Source: a bacterium
Lineage (GTDB): Bacteria > Patescibacteriota > Minisyncoccia > Phycocordibacterales > UBA12088
Length of the DNA: 64,000 bases
Reading direction: 5' to 3'
Assembly: GCA_003252295.1 (NCBI GenBank)
Contig: QKEV01000002.1
Location: 196 to 64,195 of the forward strand
Shown here: in pieces, positions 38,300 through 47,526 of the stretch
Layout of the letters: the number at the start of each line of letters is the position of its first letter
Numbering within the stretch: the first letter of the stretch is position 1
Position numbers and translations under genes: made by a program
The notes under the pieces: model-generated
What the model was told of the DNA's origin: nothing
Databases searched by the model: none
The model's input: only the letters and a program-made list of their open reading frames with translations

Positions 38300-38698
38300 A
38301 TGGCACTTATTATTAAAAAAGACTCAGTTCTCATGGGTCTCAGAAATTACACGAAAGATGTTTGGAAGGATGCATCTGTTTGGACCTGTCCAGGTGGGCG
38401 ATCCGACAGTGGAGAAACACTTGAGGAAACACTACGACGAGAAGTATATGAGGAAGTTGGTATAGACGATTTAATGATAGAGGATTTTATTGCTAAATCA
38501 CCAGGTGCACAAGAAAGAGATGAAATCTACTTTTTTTATTGCACCACAGACCAAGAACCCCAACTCATGGAGCCGGAAAAGTTTTCAGAGTGGAAATGGG
38601 TACCAGTACAAGAGTACATAGAAAATGATAGCTACGGTGGCTTTAGTCCATACACAAGAAAGGAAAATATTACATACTTAACTTCCTTAAAAAAGTAA
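38300..38698 (+). CDS. NUDIX hydrolase (ORF-track start 38189)
   Basis: Nudix box GGRSDSGETLEETLRREVYEEVGI; divergent from MVP. Confidence 0.85.
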   Translation: MALIIKKDSVLMGLRNYTKDVWKDASVWTCPGGRSDSGETLEETLRREVYEEVGIDDLMIEDFIAKSPGAQERDEIYFFYCTTDQEPQLMEPEKFSEWKWVPVQEYIENDSYGGFSPYTRKENITYLTSLKK

Positions 38699-38734
38699 CC
38701 CGTAGCATATAACCATGCTACGGGCCTAAAGTGT

Positions 38735-38904
38735 TACTTCCCTGTACCAAACCTCCTCTGTTCAAGCTTTGTACTTGCATCACAAAGCATACGATCTGCC
38801 CTGCCAGAATTAAGCCATACCTTAATTATTCCTAAACCTGACTTAGATGATTTATGACGTGTTCCTTTCAATTTAAACATACGTGCAAGACTTTTATCCG
38901 CCAT
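38735..38904 (-). CDS. small basic protein (56 aa; possibly ribosomal-protein-like)
   Basis: My own translation MADKSLARMFKLKGTRHKSSKSGLGIIKVWLNSGRADRMLCDASTKLEQRRFGTGK; RBS caggagaaatact; preceded by bidirectional terminator cccgtagcat-N6-atgctacggg at 38698-38725. Confidence 0.3.
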
Positions 38905-39038
38905 AGTATTTCTCCTGAAAAATTAATATTACTGACCTAAACTCGAGAATACCAAAATATTACTAATACTCAACCTATCACAACACCAAAAGAAATAAAA
39001 ATATTCCTTGCAAAGAAAGAATGTTTTTATTTGTTTTG

Positions 39039-39052
39039 TGCCGGGGAGAGGA
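39039..39052 (-). repeat. partial duplicate of tRNA-Leu(UAG) 3' end plus 12 nt of its flank (att-like)
   Basis: tttatttgttttgtgccggggagagga at 39025-39052 vs cttatttgttttgtgccggggagaggacttgaacc at the tRNA. Confidence 0.7.
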
Positions 39053-39194
39053 ATCTTTCTCATTACATGAGCAGTATGGGTTTCCAGTATTTTGATTCGC
39101 AAAGCTCTCAAAATACTAGGCAACCCTTTCAAGTCCTCTCCTCGGTCAAAACAACAATCGCGGAATGCTCAACACATTCCGCTTATTTGTTTTG
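39053..39194 (-). mobile_element. family-A miniature insert between tRNA-Leu(UAG) and its partial duplicate
   Basis: ccagtattttga-N12-tcaaaatactagg caaccc, same architecture as Trp and Ser-GGA copies. Confidence 0.55.
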
Positions 39195-39276
39195 TGCCGG
39201 GGAGAGGACTTGAACCTCCATGCCTTGCGGCACTTGCTCCTAAGGCAAGCGTGTCTACCAATTTCACCACCCCGGC
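39195..39276 (-). tRNA. tRNA-Leu(UAG), type II
   Basis: Reverse complement GCCGGGGTGGTGAAATTGGTAGACACGCTTGCCTTAGGAGCAAG...GGAGGTTCAAGTCCTCTCCCCGGCA. Confidence 0.85.
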
Positions 39277-39353
39277 GTAAGAAGCATTCTACACTATTAT
39301 TGCATTTTATGCATTTACTTTTTCATCTTTTTGTTTTACACTACGGACCACAG

Positions 39354-39426
39354 CCGCCCATAGCTCAGCTGGTAGAGCAGTCGCCTCTTAAGCGAACGGT
39401 CCTAGGTTCGAGTCCTAGTGGGCGGA
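39354..39426 (+). tRNA. tRNA-Lys(CUU) (one G-A mismatch at top of anticodon stem)
   Basis: CCGCCCA/TGGGCGG acceptor, D-arm GCTCAGCTGGTAGAGC, anticodon loop CTCTTAA, T-arm CTAGGTTCGAGTCCTAG. Confidence 0.75.
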
Positions 39427-39564
39427 CTAAAAACACTTACGTCCCGATGCGATGAGCATTGGGGCGTTAGTGCTTTTCAGACCACTAGGGCTCGAAAGGG
39501 TTACCTGATATTTTGCAACTGAAAGGTGTAAAAATATCGGAAACCCATACTGTTCTGTAAGAAA
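39427..39564 (+). mobile_element. family-C insert between tRNA-Lys and its partial duplicate
   Basis: Unique 138-bp sequence followed by partial tRNA copy. Confidence 0.45.
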
Positions 39565-39579
39565 GAGTCCTAGTGGGTG
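39565..39579 (+). repeat. partial duplicate of tRNA-Lys 3' end (att-like)
   Basis: gagtcctagtgggtg vs tRNA cgagtcctagtgggcgg; followed by terminator aaaagcacc-ttaata-ggtgctttt. Confidence 0.65.
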
Positions 39580-39622
39580 AACAAGGAGATAAAAGCACCT
39601 ATTAAGGTGCTTTTATTATTTT

Positions 39623-39922
39623 TTAAAGATTGATTGGTGTGATCTCTTTTGGAATATCAGAGCTACTAACACCAATTGTACGCAAACCTATTTCGAGTAT
39701 TGCATATACTGATACCATAATAGTCATTCCTATGAGACCGTACATGATATGCCGCTTTCCATCGGCACGTTTAGATTCATCACCAGCATTTAAAATAAAT
39801 ACCATGAGACCATACATCATGTAAAGCAATGCACCTGCAAAGATGATTGCAATAATAGGATTTATGATCTCAGTAGTTACCTTTTCTACAAAAACCTTAA
39901 CCTCATCTGGAACTGGTTGCAT
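39623..39922 (-). CDS. TrbC/VirB2-like two-TM pilin-family mini-protein, paralog 1 (ORF-track start 40117 rejected)
   Basis: IIAIIFAGALLYMMYGLMVFILNAGDESKRADGKRHIMYGLIGMTIMVSVYAILEI shares F-x-AGD-x5-GK-x4-WG-x-IGL consensus with five upstream paralogs. Confidence 0.55.
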   Translation of the reverse strand: MQPVPDEVKVFVEKVTTEIINPIIAIIFAGALLYMMYGLMVFILNAGDESKRADGKRHIMYGLIGMTIMVSVYAILEIGLRTIGVSSSDIPKEITPINL

Positions 39923-39963
39923 GTTCTCATTACTATATAGCCATACTTTTTTTACAGCAATAG

Positions 39964-40012
39964 ACACTATACACAAAATGCGACAGATAATGTCGCATTT
40001 TGTGTATAGTGT
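39964..40012. promoter_or_regulatory. 22-bp perfect inverted repeat with 5-nt spacer between pilin paralogs 2 and 1
   Basis: acactatacacaaaatgcgaca-gataa-tgtcgcattttgtgtatagtgt. Confidence 0.7.
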
Positions 40013-40032
40013 TGTAAAAACAATTACTACGC

Positions 40033-40386
40033 CTACGGTGTTGGACCAGTTGGGAAAGTTGTTTGCGTTGATGCTGTAACACCAAATATGTTCTGCATAA
40101 CTGCAATAATTCCCCAAATAGAAACAATACAGAACAATGCAACTACACCCCAGATCATTCTCCTCTTTCCTTCATCTTTCGCACCCTCGTCTCCAGAAGC
40201 TAAGATGAACTGCGCAAGTCCCCAAATGAACACAAGCAGTGCAAGTGAGACAGCTATTGGGATCAATGCATTAACAATCTTACCAAGAGATGTAACGATA
40301 TTGGTGAACCATGCAAAATTTTGCGCAAGAGCAATCCCTGGAAGAAGAACACTTAGTGAAGGTAACACCTTTAAAGCTTTTTTCAT
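40033..40386 (-). CDS. TrbC/VirB2-like pilin-family mini-protein, paralog 2 (signal peptide)
   Basis: MKKALKVLPSLSVLLPGIALA signal; LVFIWGLAQFILASGDEGAKDEGKRRMIWGVVALF. Confidence 0.55.
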   Translation of the reverse strand: MKKALKVLPSLSVLLPGIALAQNFAWFTNIVTSLGKIVNALIPIAVSLALLVFIWGLAQFILASGDEGAKDEGKRRMIWGVVALFCIVSIWGIIAVMQNIFGVTASTQTTFPTGPTP

Positions 40387-40482
40387 ATAAACTATTTATA
40401 AATATTCTAATAATATGTTCAATATCACTACTGAAAGCATAGCACATTCGCCGCAATTTTAGCACTACACGTGTGGATAATG

Positions 40483-40848
40483 CTACCAAGTAATGATTGG
40501 TGTAGGGTGATCATTACTTGATGGTTGAGATACCCCGATTATATTCATGAGCAATCCAACAATACCCCACACGCTTATCAAAACGACTAAACCAATAAGT
40601 CCCCAAAAAATCCTCTTCTTTCCCTCCTCACGTGCTTTTGCTTGTTCAGTGTCAGTAAGCCCCATACCATAAAGCATACGAACCACTCCCCAGAGAAAGA
40701 CTAGTAGGCTTGCACTTATGAGAATACGTACCAGCATACCCATAATACTGGCACTGAAAAGACTGTCGATAATACTCCCAACAGTTTGAGCATGTGTACT
40801 GAAGGGTACCAAAAGAAAAAGGAATAATACTGTAAACCTGTATATCAT
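40483..40848 (-). CDS. TrbC/VirB2-like pilin-family mini-protein, paralog 3 (signal peptide)
   Basis: LLVFLWGVVRMLYGMGLTDTEQAKAREEGKKRIFWGLIGLVV. Confidence 0.55.
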   Translation of the reverse strand: MIYRFTVLFLFLLVPFSTHAQTVGSIIDSLFSASIMGMLVRILISASLLVFLWGVVRMLYGMGLTDTEQAKAREEGKKRIFWGLIGLVVLISVWGIVGLLMNIIGVSQPSSNDHPTPIITW

Positions 40849-41150
40849 GTAAAAAATGTATTCTTTAAGATTTCAATCAAACCCCAAATTGCAACCATCA
40901 CAAAGAGTGATATGGTTCCCCATATCATTAGTTGTTTACCCTGCTCCCTACTTTGATCATCACCTGCTGTTGTAATAAAGCGCACAAGACCAAAAAGAAA
41001 GAATATAAAGGCGAAAGCCGTAACGATATATACAAACTTATTTATCAACTCAACAACCCCTGCAGCAAAATTCTTGAAGGACTGCCCATATACAACTACT
41101 GGCAGCAACACAAGAAAAAAAAATAATGTACATTGTTTGACCTTAATCAT
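40845..41150 (-). CDS. TrbC/VirB2-like pilin-family mini-protein, paralog 4 (signal peptide)
   Basis: IFFLFGLVRFITTAGDDQSREQGKQLMIWGTISLFV; 4-bp overlap with paralog 3. Confidence 0.55.
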   Translation of the reverse strand: MIKVKQCTLFFFLVLLPVVVYGQSFKNFAAGVVELINKFVYIVTAFAFIFFLFGLVRFITTAGDDQSREQGKQLMIWGTISLFVMVAIWGLIEILKNTFFT

Positions 41151-41157
41151 ACTTGTA

Positions 41158-41439
41158 TTACGGTTTTAATGATGTAACTGTCGCACTTATCATGATTGAA
41201 AATGCTTGTGCACCAAGAATTATCAGAGCACCTATTACAGCCCATACGAGCGCTGAACGTGCTTTTTGAATTTTCTGTGGATTTCCCTGTGCAGTCACAA
41301 ACAAAAAACCTGTATAGATGATCACTAAAACCACAATGGGAAATAAAACATACACAACAACCGTAAGGATGGTCGCTAAAAGCTCCTGTAATGTTGTACC
41401 GGCAAATGGATTTAAAAATTGACTCGCTGTATTAGGCAT
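41158..41439 (-). CDS. pilin-family mini-protein, paralog 5 (subfamily with AQGNPQK loop)
   Basis: VLVIIYTGFLFVTAQGNPQKIQKARSALVWAVIGALIIL. Confidence 0.5.
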   Translation of the reverse strand: MPNTASQFLNPFAGTTLQELLATILTVVVYVLFPIVVLVIIYTGFLFVTAQGNPQKIQKARSALVWAVIGALIILGAQAFSIMISATVTSLKP

Positions 41440-41472
41440 ACGTATATATTAGCACACACCCCACTATAAATA

Positions 41473-41748
41473 TTATATTAAATTCTTAGCTGTCGAATCT
41501 ATCATTTGAGCAATTGCAAATGCAGCAAGCACTATCACTGCACCTATAGTGGTCCACAATAATGAACGTTTTGCATCATCAAGCTTCTGTGGGTTTCCTT
41601 GTGCGGCAACAAACAGGTAACCTGTATAAATCATCATGAGTACCAAAAATGGAAAAAGTATGTACGTAAGCGTAGAAAGTATCGTATAAAGAAACACTTT
41701 CAAATCAGCATACTTTATAGGATTTGTGAAAGCGTATGCAATTTTCAT
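41473..41748 (-). CDS. pilin-family mini-protein, paralog 6 (AQGNPQK subfamily)
   Basis: VLMMIYTGYLFVAAQGNPQKLDDAKRSLLWTTIGAVIVL. Confidence 0.5.
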   Translation of the reverse strand: MKIAYAFTNPIKYADLKVFLYTILSTLTYILFPFLVLMMIYTGYLFVAAQGNPQKLDDAKRSLLWTTIGAVIVLAAFAIAQMIDSTAKNLI

Positions 41749-41766
41749 AAAACTTATCTAAATTTA

Positions 41767-43089
41767 CTATTTATTATATTGCTCAAGTAAAGCGTTTAAA
41801 TCTAAATTTAACACATTTAAGCTTGCTGTTGGTGTTACTGAACCTGCAACAACATCATTGATAGCTGATTCAAATAATGTATCTACAGATGAATTTGGTG
41901 CTGGTTCCAGCCATGTATGTGACATGATAGCAGACTGTTGCTTCACTTTACTATATGGATCAACTGGATCAATAGTTGAAAGTAGGTCAAGGCGAACTGA
42001 AGGTAGTCCTGTTAACTCAGAAACCTCTGCTACTGAAGCCGCCGTTGCAAGTTTTGCAGCAATGTAATTAGCATACGACGGATGTGCACTGTTCTTAAGG
42101 ATGGCAATACCGTAAAAATTACCGTAGGTAAGACTTGTGTTTGTGTTGTTCGACTGCGGAAGTATTGCGATACTAAAATTTAAATTAGGGTTTATCTCTG
42201 TAAGAGTAGTTTCCTCACTTGCAAAACCAACATACATCGCAACCTTATCTGCAGCAAACGCCTCTCGAGAACGGTCAAACGTTTTATTCCATGAGTACAC
42301 CTTTTTAACTGGATTAGAAAATGAGGTATAGAAAGTCATCGCTGCACTAGTATTCGAGCTTTGTGAAGCAATATCAGAAACAAAATTATTATTACCAGCA
42401 TCTTGTTCAACCACATCTGCACCAGTTTGCATGAAAAGTGCACTTACTATTTCCTTAGCATGAAGTACATTATCGTACTCACCAAACGCAACAGCACTTT
42501 GTACCAACTCTGAACCTCCAGTAATTTTTGATAATCTTGGTGTCATGTCAACAAACGTATCCCAATCACTAGGTGGTTGTGCTATTGCTTCATTGGTAAA
42601 TATATTTCTGTTCCAAAACATAACAAGAGGATCCACAAGAAACGGTCGTGCATAGATACCATCAGAAAGTACAAAAACATTAGCGCCTTCTATCCACGTC
42701 TCAGAGAATGAACTCATTGGTAACGTCTCGAAACTTAATGGAAGTATTTTATTTTTAAGTGCAAGCAGATCAGTTGAACTTAAAATTACCAGATCAGGAC
42801 TATTTCCTGATGCGATCGATTCAAGAATATCGCTATACATAGTATCTGGGTGTTTCTCTACGTAGGTAATATCAAGATATGCCCCATTATCTTCTTCTTT
42901 TGCAAATGTACTAAGTACCTCATTTATTGCCCTATTTTTAAATGGTGGTCCCCAAATAACAATAGGGTATGTTTCTGTACCACCTCCATTGTCGTACTTA
43001 AAAAATGCCAAGTATAAAACTCCCCCTACGGCCATTACACCAAAAAGTATCAAGAGAAATATTTGAAAAAAGGTCTGTTGTTGTTCCAT
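41767..43089 (-). CDS. membrane-anchored extracellular solute-binding protein, family 1 (MalE-like), no adjacent permease/ATPase
   Basis: N-terminal TM; IVIWGPP, GNSPDLVILSSTDL, LVMFWNRNIF, PPSDWDTF, KVAMYVG parallel MalE landmarks. Confidence 0.65.
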   Translation of the reverse strand: MEQQQTFFQIFLLILFGVMAVGGVLYLAFFKYDNGGGTETYPIVIWGPPFKNRAINEVLSTFAKEEDNGAYLDITYVEKHPDTMYSDILESIASGNSPDLVILSSTDLLALKNKILPLSFETLPMSSFSETWIEGANVFVLSDGIYARPFLVDPLVMFWNRNIFTNEAIAQPPSDWDTFVDMTPRLSKITGGSELVQSAVAFGEYDNVLHAKEIVSALFMQTGADVVEQDAGNNNFVSDIASQSSNTSAAMTFYTSFSNPVKKVYSWNKTFDRSREAFAADKVAMYVGFASEETTLTEINPNLNFSIAILPQSNNTNTSLTYGNFYGIAILKNSAHPSYANYIAAKLATAASVAEVSELTGLPSVRLDLLSTIDPVDPYSKVKQQSAIMSHTWLEPAPNSSVDTLFESAINDVVAGSVTPTASLNVLNLDLNALLEQYNK

Positions 43090-43091
43090 AA

Positions 43092-43619
43092 CTATTTTCT
43101 AAAAATCAAACCGTAATGATACGCACCAGCATCAATGTCTTGCATATGCTCAAAGCCACAATTTTTTGCAATACTACGTACATCCTCCTCACGAAGAACA
43201 TGTTCCGGTTGTGGTCCTACACCTCCAAATGACTCTTTCCAATCAACTACAAGCAATCGTCCATCCTTTTTAAGTATCCTATGTGCTTCAAGCAAAACTG
43301 CATTTTTATCCTCCACCTGAAAGAGCATATTTGAAACCACAACAGCGTCCACACTCTCATCAGGTAACCCTGAACCATTTTCTCGTTCTAGATCTGCGTG
43401 AATAAAAGAAATAGAACCAAGATGATGTTCTTTTGCAAAATGTGTCGCTTTTGTTAATAATTCCTGTTGTATATCTATCACATACACCTTCCCATCCTTA
43501 CCAACTACTTCAGCAACCTCAACAGCAAGATATCCTGCACCAGCACCAAAGTCTGCCACCTGCATACCTGCATCTAGTCCAAACTGTTCAATATTACGCT
43601 TAGGGTTAGTGAATGACAT
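43092..43619 (-). CDS. class I SAM-dependent methyltransferase
   Basis: VADFGAGAGYLAVEVAE (motif I), KVYVIDIQQELL (motif II), VVVSNMLFQ. Confidence 0.8.
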   Translation of the reverse strand: MSFTNPKRNIEQFGLDAGMQVADFGAGAGYLAVEVAEVVGKDGKVYVIDIQQELLTKATHFAKEHHLGSISFIHADLERENGSGLPDESVDAVVVSNMLFQVEDKNAVLLEAHRILKKDGRLLVVDWKESFGGVGPQPEHVLREEDVRSIAKNCGFEHMQDIDAGAYHYGLIFRK

Positions 43620-43697
43620 TGTCCATAGTATTGTAACAATAAAACACCCATAAGGGGTGTTTTATTGTGTATATAACTAATGATATAAGTTGGTGGA

Positions 43698-46181
43698 CTA
43701 GAGACAAATGATGGCAGCTATCGAATCTCCTGAGCGCAATTTCATGATCCGTACCCCTTGCGTTGAACGTCCCATACCTGGGATCTCTTTAACATCAGTT
43801 CGTATCACCTGCCCTTTCTTTGATATAACAACCAACTCTTCACTTTCAGTATTTAAAATCCTGCTTGCCATTAACTTGCCAGTCTTTGTGGTGACATTGG
43901 TACACTTTATTCCTGAACCACCACGTTTTTGTATCTTAAATTCCTTGAGTGCTGTCTGTTTGCCATACCCCTTCTCAGAAACCACAAGGAGAGATAAGCT
44001 ACTTTCTTTGTCTGCTTTTGAACGCATACTCGCACTCACTACTACATCACCTGTGCTAAGCTTCATACCACGTACACCAACAGCTGCTCGTCCCATCTCT
44101 CGAACATCATTCTCCTTAAAGCGAATAGATTGACCCTTGAGTGTAGTAAGTAGTACCTCATCTCCCTTACTCACGAAACCAGCCTGTATAAGCTTATCTC
44201 CTGGTGCAAGCTTGATGGCGATAATGCCTGACATGCGCACATCATGGAAATCTTTTGCTTTTGTTTTTTTAATGATACCACCCTTTGTAACCATCATAAG
44301 AGAACCATCACTGTCTTTGAGATCCTTAGTGAGTGCTACCACCGACGTAATCTCTTCACCCTCAATGAGTGGAAGGAAGTTCATAATAGACTTACCTTTT
44401 GTGGCACGTCTACCTTCGGGAACCTCATACATCTTTATTTGGTACACCTTACCTTTATCACTAAAGAATAGGAGATCATCATGCGTACTTGCAGTTAAGA
44501 ACAAGCGAACAAAATCCTCGTCTTTTGTATTTAGATCAACAACACCAACACCGCCACGTTTTTGACGTTTGTATTCGCTCGGATTAGTGCGCTTTATGTA
44601 CCCACCTTTTGTGATGACGAGCACACTCTCCTCCTCAGCTATCAAATCCTCAGGGGTCATGTTCTTTACAGCACCCTTTATCACCTTAGTACGTCGTTCA
44701 TCACCATACTTTTCCTGAATCTCGACAAGTTCTTTCTTGATGAGTGTTGCCATTTTCTTTGGACTCTTAAGTATCCCTTTGAGCCATGCAATAAGTGCCT
44801 GTACCTCCTTGAGCTCATCCTCGATCTTCTTACGTTCAAGTCCTGCGAGTTTCTGCAAACGCATTTCAAGTATGGCAGTTGCCTGTATATCACTAAACTT
44901 AAACTTCTTCATCAACGCTTCCTTTGCAGATGGTACATCCTTAGATTTCTTGATGATTCGGATAATCTCATCAATATGATCAAGTGCCTTCTTAAGACCA
45001 AGAAGAATATGTTCACGTGCCTCTGCTTTCTTGAGATCATATTCACAACGTCTTCGAACAACCTCTTTTCGATATGCAACAAACTCATCAAGAACACCTT
45101 TGAGTGAAAGTGTCTGTGGTACACCATCAACAAGTGCAACAAGATTCAAATGGAAGGTATCTTCGAGTTGTGTGTGTTTGTAGAGGTAGTTCAAAACCTT
45201 TTGTGGCTGTGCAGTATTCTTGAGATCAACAACAACACGAATATCTGTTGTTGACTCATCACGAATATCTTTGATTCCATCGATCTTCTTCTGTTGATGT
45301 AGCGCGGCAACACGTTTTATGAGTTCTGCTTTATTTACACGATATGGCAATGAGGTAATGAGTATAGAAAATGCCCCCTTCTTGTTCTCAACAATCTCTG
45401 CCTCACCTCGTACGACCATTCCTCCTTTACCAGTAGCATACGCATGACGTATATCCTTTTGGTTAAAAATGACTGCTCCAGTAGGAAAATCTGGTGCTTT
45501 AATGAAATCAAATACTTCTTCCTGTGAAGCATCAGGGTTATCTATGAGATGTATTACAGCATCCACTACTTCACTGAGGTTGTGTGGTGGAATGTTTGTT
45601 GCCATACCTACCGCAATACCCAAAGTTCCATTCAAAAGCAGGTTTGGCACTGCTGCAGGAAGTACTGTCGGTTCATTTCGTGTCTCATCATAGTTTGGTC
45701 TCCAATCAACAGTCTCTTTTTCAATATCACGAAGCATTTCAGCAGAAACCTTGGTCATTTTTGCCTCTGTGTAACGCATTGCAGCAGGACTGTCACCATC
45801 AATAGAACCAAAGTTACCTTGTCCGAGTACGAGCGGATATCGGGTGGTAAACTCCTGCGCAAGCTTTACGAGAGCATCGTATACTGCTGTATCACCATGC
45901 GGATGATACTTACCAAGTACATCTCCGACAACAGCTGCTGACTTACGAAACTTTGCTCCAGAATGAAGACCCATTTTGTGCATCGTGTAGAGGATTCTCC
46001 TATGCACTGGCTTTAGACCATCGCGAACATCTGGAAGTGCACGCTGTGTAATAACTGACATGGCATAAGCGAGGTACGACTCACGCATCTCACTACTGAT
46101 CGGACATGCAATGACAGAATCAACAGCCTTTACTTCACCACTTTCTTCTTGTGGTGTTTTCTTTTTTCGCTCTTTCGCCAT
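43698..46181 (-). CDS. gyrA: DNA gyrase subunit A
   Basis: [27 protein letters not shown], active-site region AAMRYTE; C-terminal beta-pinwheel repeats. Confidence 0.95.
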   Translation of the reverse strand: MAKERKKKTPQEESGEVKAVDSVIACPISSEMRESYLAYAMSVITQRALPDVRDGLKPVHRRILYTMHKMGLHSGAKFRKSAAVVGDVLGKYHPHGDTAVYDALVKLAQEFTTRYPLVLGQGNFGSIDGDSPAAMRYTEAKMTKVSAEMLRDIEKETVDWRPNYDETRNEPTVLPAAVPNLLLNGTLGIAVGMATNIPPHNLSEVVDAVIHLIDNPDASQEEVFDFIKAPDFPTGAVIFNQKDIRHAYATGKGGMVVRGEAEIVENKKGAFSILITSLPYRVNKAELIKRVAALHQQKKIDGIKDIRDESTTDIRVVVDLKNTAQPQKVLNYLYKHTQLEDTFHLNLVALVDGVPQTLSLKGVLDEFVAYRKEVVRRRCEYDLKKAEAREHILLGLKKALDHIDEIIRIIKKSKDVPSAKEALMKKFKFSDIQATAILEMRLQKLAGLERKKIEDELKEVQALIAWLKGILKSPKKMATLIKKELVEIQEKYGDERRTKVIKGAVKNMTPEDLIAEEESVLVITKGGYIKRTNPSEYKRQKRGGVGVVDLNTKDEDFVRLFLTASTHDDLLFFSDKGKVYQIKMYEVPEGRRATKGKSIMNFLPLIEGEEITSVVALTKDLKDSDGSLMMVTKGGIIKKTKAKDFHDVRMSGIIAIKLAPGDKLIQAGFVSKGDEVLLTTLKGQSIRFKENDVREMGRAAVGVRGMKLSTGDVVVSASMRSKADKESSLSLLVVSEKGYGKQTALKEFKIQKRGGSGIKCTNVTTKTGKLMASRILNTESEELVVISKKGQVIRTDVKEIPGMGRSTQGVRIMKLRSGDSIAAIICL

Positions 46182-46294
46182 ATGTAAACGTACTCAGAGT
46201 ATAGCATATTTTGAACATTCAAGCGAGAAAAATATATTGACGGATACAAAAAAAGTCGCTCTGTTAAGCGACACAATTACCACCCAAGAATTCC

Positions 46295-46669
46295 CTACTG
46301 TACAGATGGTGTGTACGGCACAACACTTGGAGTCGTTGTGCCTGACTGATACTCATCCTCTTCATATTGATCAAATTCAGTTACCATCCAGTTGTTCTGT
46401 TGTTGTTGAATTGTTGTTACTGGAGCATTATTTTCTAAAAACTTATTTGCAGAACGAAACTGATCAGCAAGGTTTTCCTTCTTATTTTCTTCTTCGTTCT
46501 TTAAAGCAAACTCACCTGTTCCAATACTTTTAAGAAGTAATGTTGTTCCCCACACTAGTACAATCAGTCCCGTAATAATCACAGAAAAAAGCATTGCATA
46601 CCGTTTACGCGCTTCTGGTGACTTTTTTCGTATATCTTCAAGGTGCTTTAACAGCATACAGCTGAACAA
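46295..46669 (-). CDS. hypothetical single-TM protein
   Basis: TM LFSVIITGLIVLVWGTTLLL then Gln/Glu-rich tail. Confidence 0.35.
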   Translation of the reverse strand: MFSCMLLKHLEDIRKKSPEARKRYAMLFSVIITGLIVLVWGTTLLLKSIGTGEFALKNEEENKKENLADQFRSANKFLENNAPVTTIQQQQNNWMVTEFDQYEEDEYQSGTTTPSVVPYTPSVQ

Positions 46670-46673
46670 GACA

Positions 46674-47312
46674 CTATCCTGAGACGATCATTATCTCATT
46701 CTGTAGAGACTCAATATCTCTGTTTTTTAGTGTCAGTTTATTTACTGGCTTATGATTGTTTGTTGTTGTTGCATCTTCTTTCAAAAATGCTTTGACTGCT
46801 TCCTTATCACCTACACCCTCAAAATGCATAGGAATAATAACATGTGGACTTATTGTGACTGCAAGTTCATACGCCTTTTTAGCATCAAGTACACCATTTC
46901 CTCCTATTGGAACAAAAAGTATATCAACCTTTTCCATCACCTCTTTGAGTTCCTTTGGTAACTCTGTTGTATTGATTGCCCCCAAGAACAGGATGAGCAT
47001 TTTTTCCATAGTAACAAGGTATGCAGTATTGTAGAGCTCCTCACCACCGTATTCAGACTTTGTAAGGTAACCTCGTATCAAAATATCCCGTACCTCATAC
47101 TCACCTGGACCACGAACAATAAATGGCTCTTTATCACCAAGCGTTACCTGATCTACACCATTCATGTCAGGATGTTCGACCGAAACGAGGGCAATATCAG
47201 CACCAAAGCGAGATTGCTTGAGTTTAGAGTCTTTAGAAATTGGATTAAATGCGAGCGTAGTGTCTCCAAAAGAAACCTTAAATGATTCTGCTCCTAGATG
47301 TGTGATTATCAT
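46674..47312 (-). CDS. MBL-fold metallo-hydrolase (Lactamase_B_3-like)
   Basis: MIITHLGAESFKV..., DIALVSVEHPDMNG, ILFVPIGGNGVLDAKKAYELAVTISPHVIIPMHF. Confidence 0.55.
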   Translation of the reverse strand: MIITHLGAESFKVSFGDTTLAFNPISKDSKLKQSRFGADIALVSVEHPDMNGVDQVTLGDKEPFIVRGPGEYEVRDILIRGYLTKSEYGGEELYNTAYLVTMEKMLILFLGAINTTELPKELKEVMEKVDILFVPIGGNGVLDAKKAYELAVTISPHVIIPMHFEGVGDKEAVKAFLKEDATTTNNHKPVNKLTLKNRDIESLQNEIMIVSG

Positions 47313-47526
47313 ACACGTGTGAGTATACCACGTAATCGTTAATTTGAAATTTTTAATTTACAATTTTTATTTTTAAATTTTTTATTGCAAATTCAACATA
47401 TTTGCTGTAGAGTTGTCTCATTACTAGCTGCCCTCATAAGGAGGGTTCGCTTGAAGGCTAACATTGCAATGTTGTTCGGATATGGTTGCAACACATGCAA
47501 AACCTTCGGCGATTTTTGTGTTTAAT

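Noticed and set aside
38735-38904. Identification of the 56-aa basic ORF as a specific ribosomal protein (L28, L33, L35, S21 or similar)
   Set aside because: I could not match it convincingly to any ribosomal protein family from memory; left as small basic hypothetical with low confidence.
39031-39455. ORFs 39031..39213, 39092..39280, 39165..39455 (+)
   Set aside because: They run through the family-A insert, tRNA-Leu(UAG) (antisense) and tRNA-Lys; artefacts of the repeat and tRNA sequence.
39923-40117. N-terminal 65 aa of ORF 39623..40117 (MGNYCSYAEHIW...)
   Set aside because: This extension runs through the 22-bp perfect palindrome and overlaps the upstream paralog; the paralog consensus begins at MQPVPDEV (start 39922).
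47313-47526. AT-rich direct repeats (aatttgaaatttttaatttacaatttttatttttaaatttttt) upstream of rpsA as a mobile or repeat element
   Set aside because: Most simply explained as an UP-element-rich strong ribosomal-protein promoter and leader; no flanking duplication or other copies seen.
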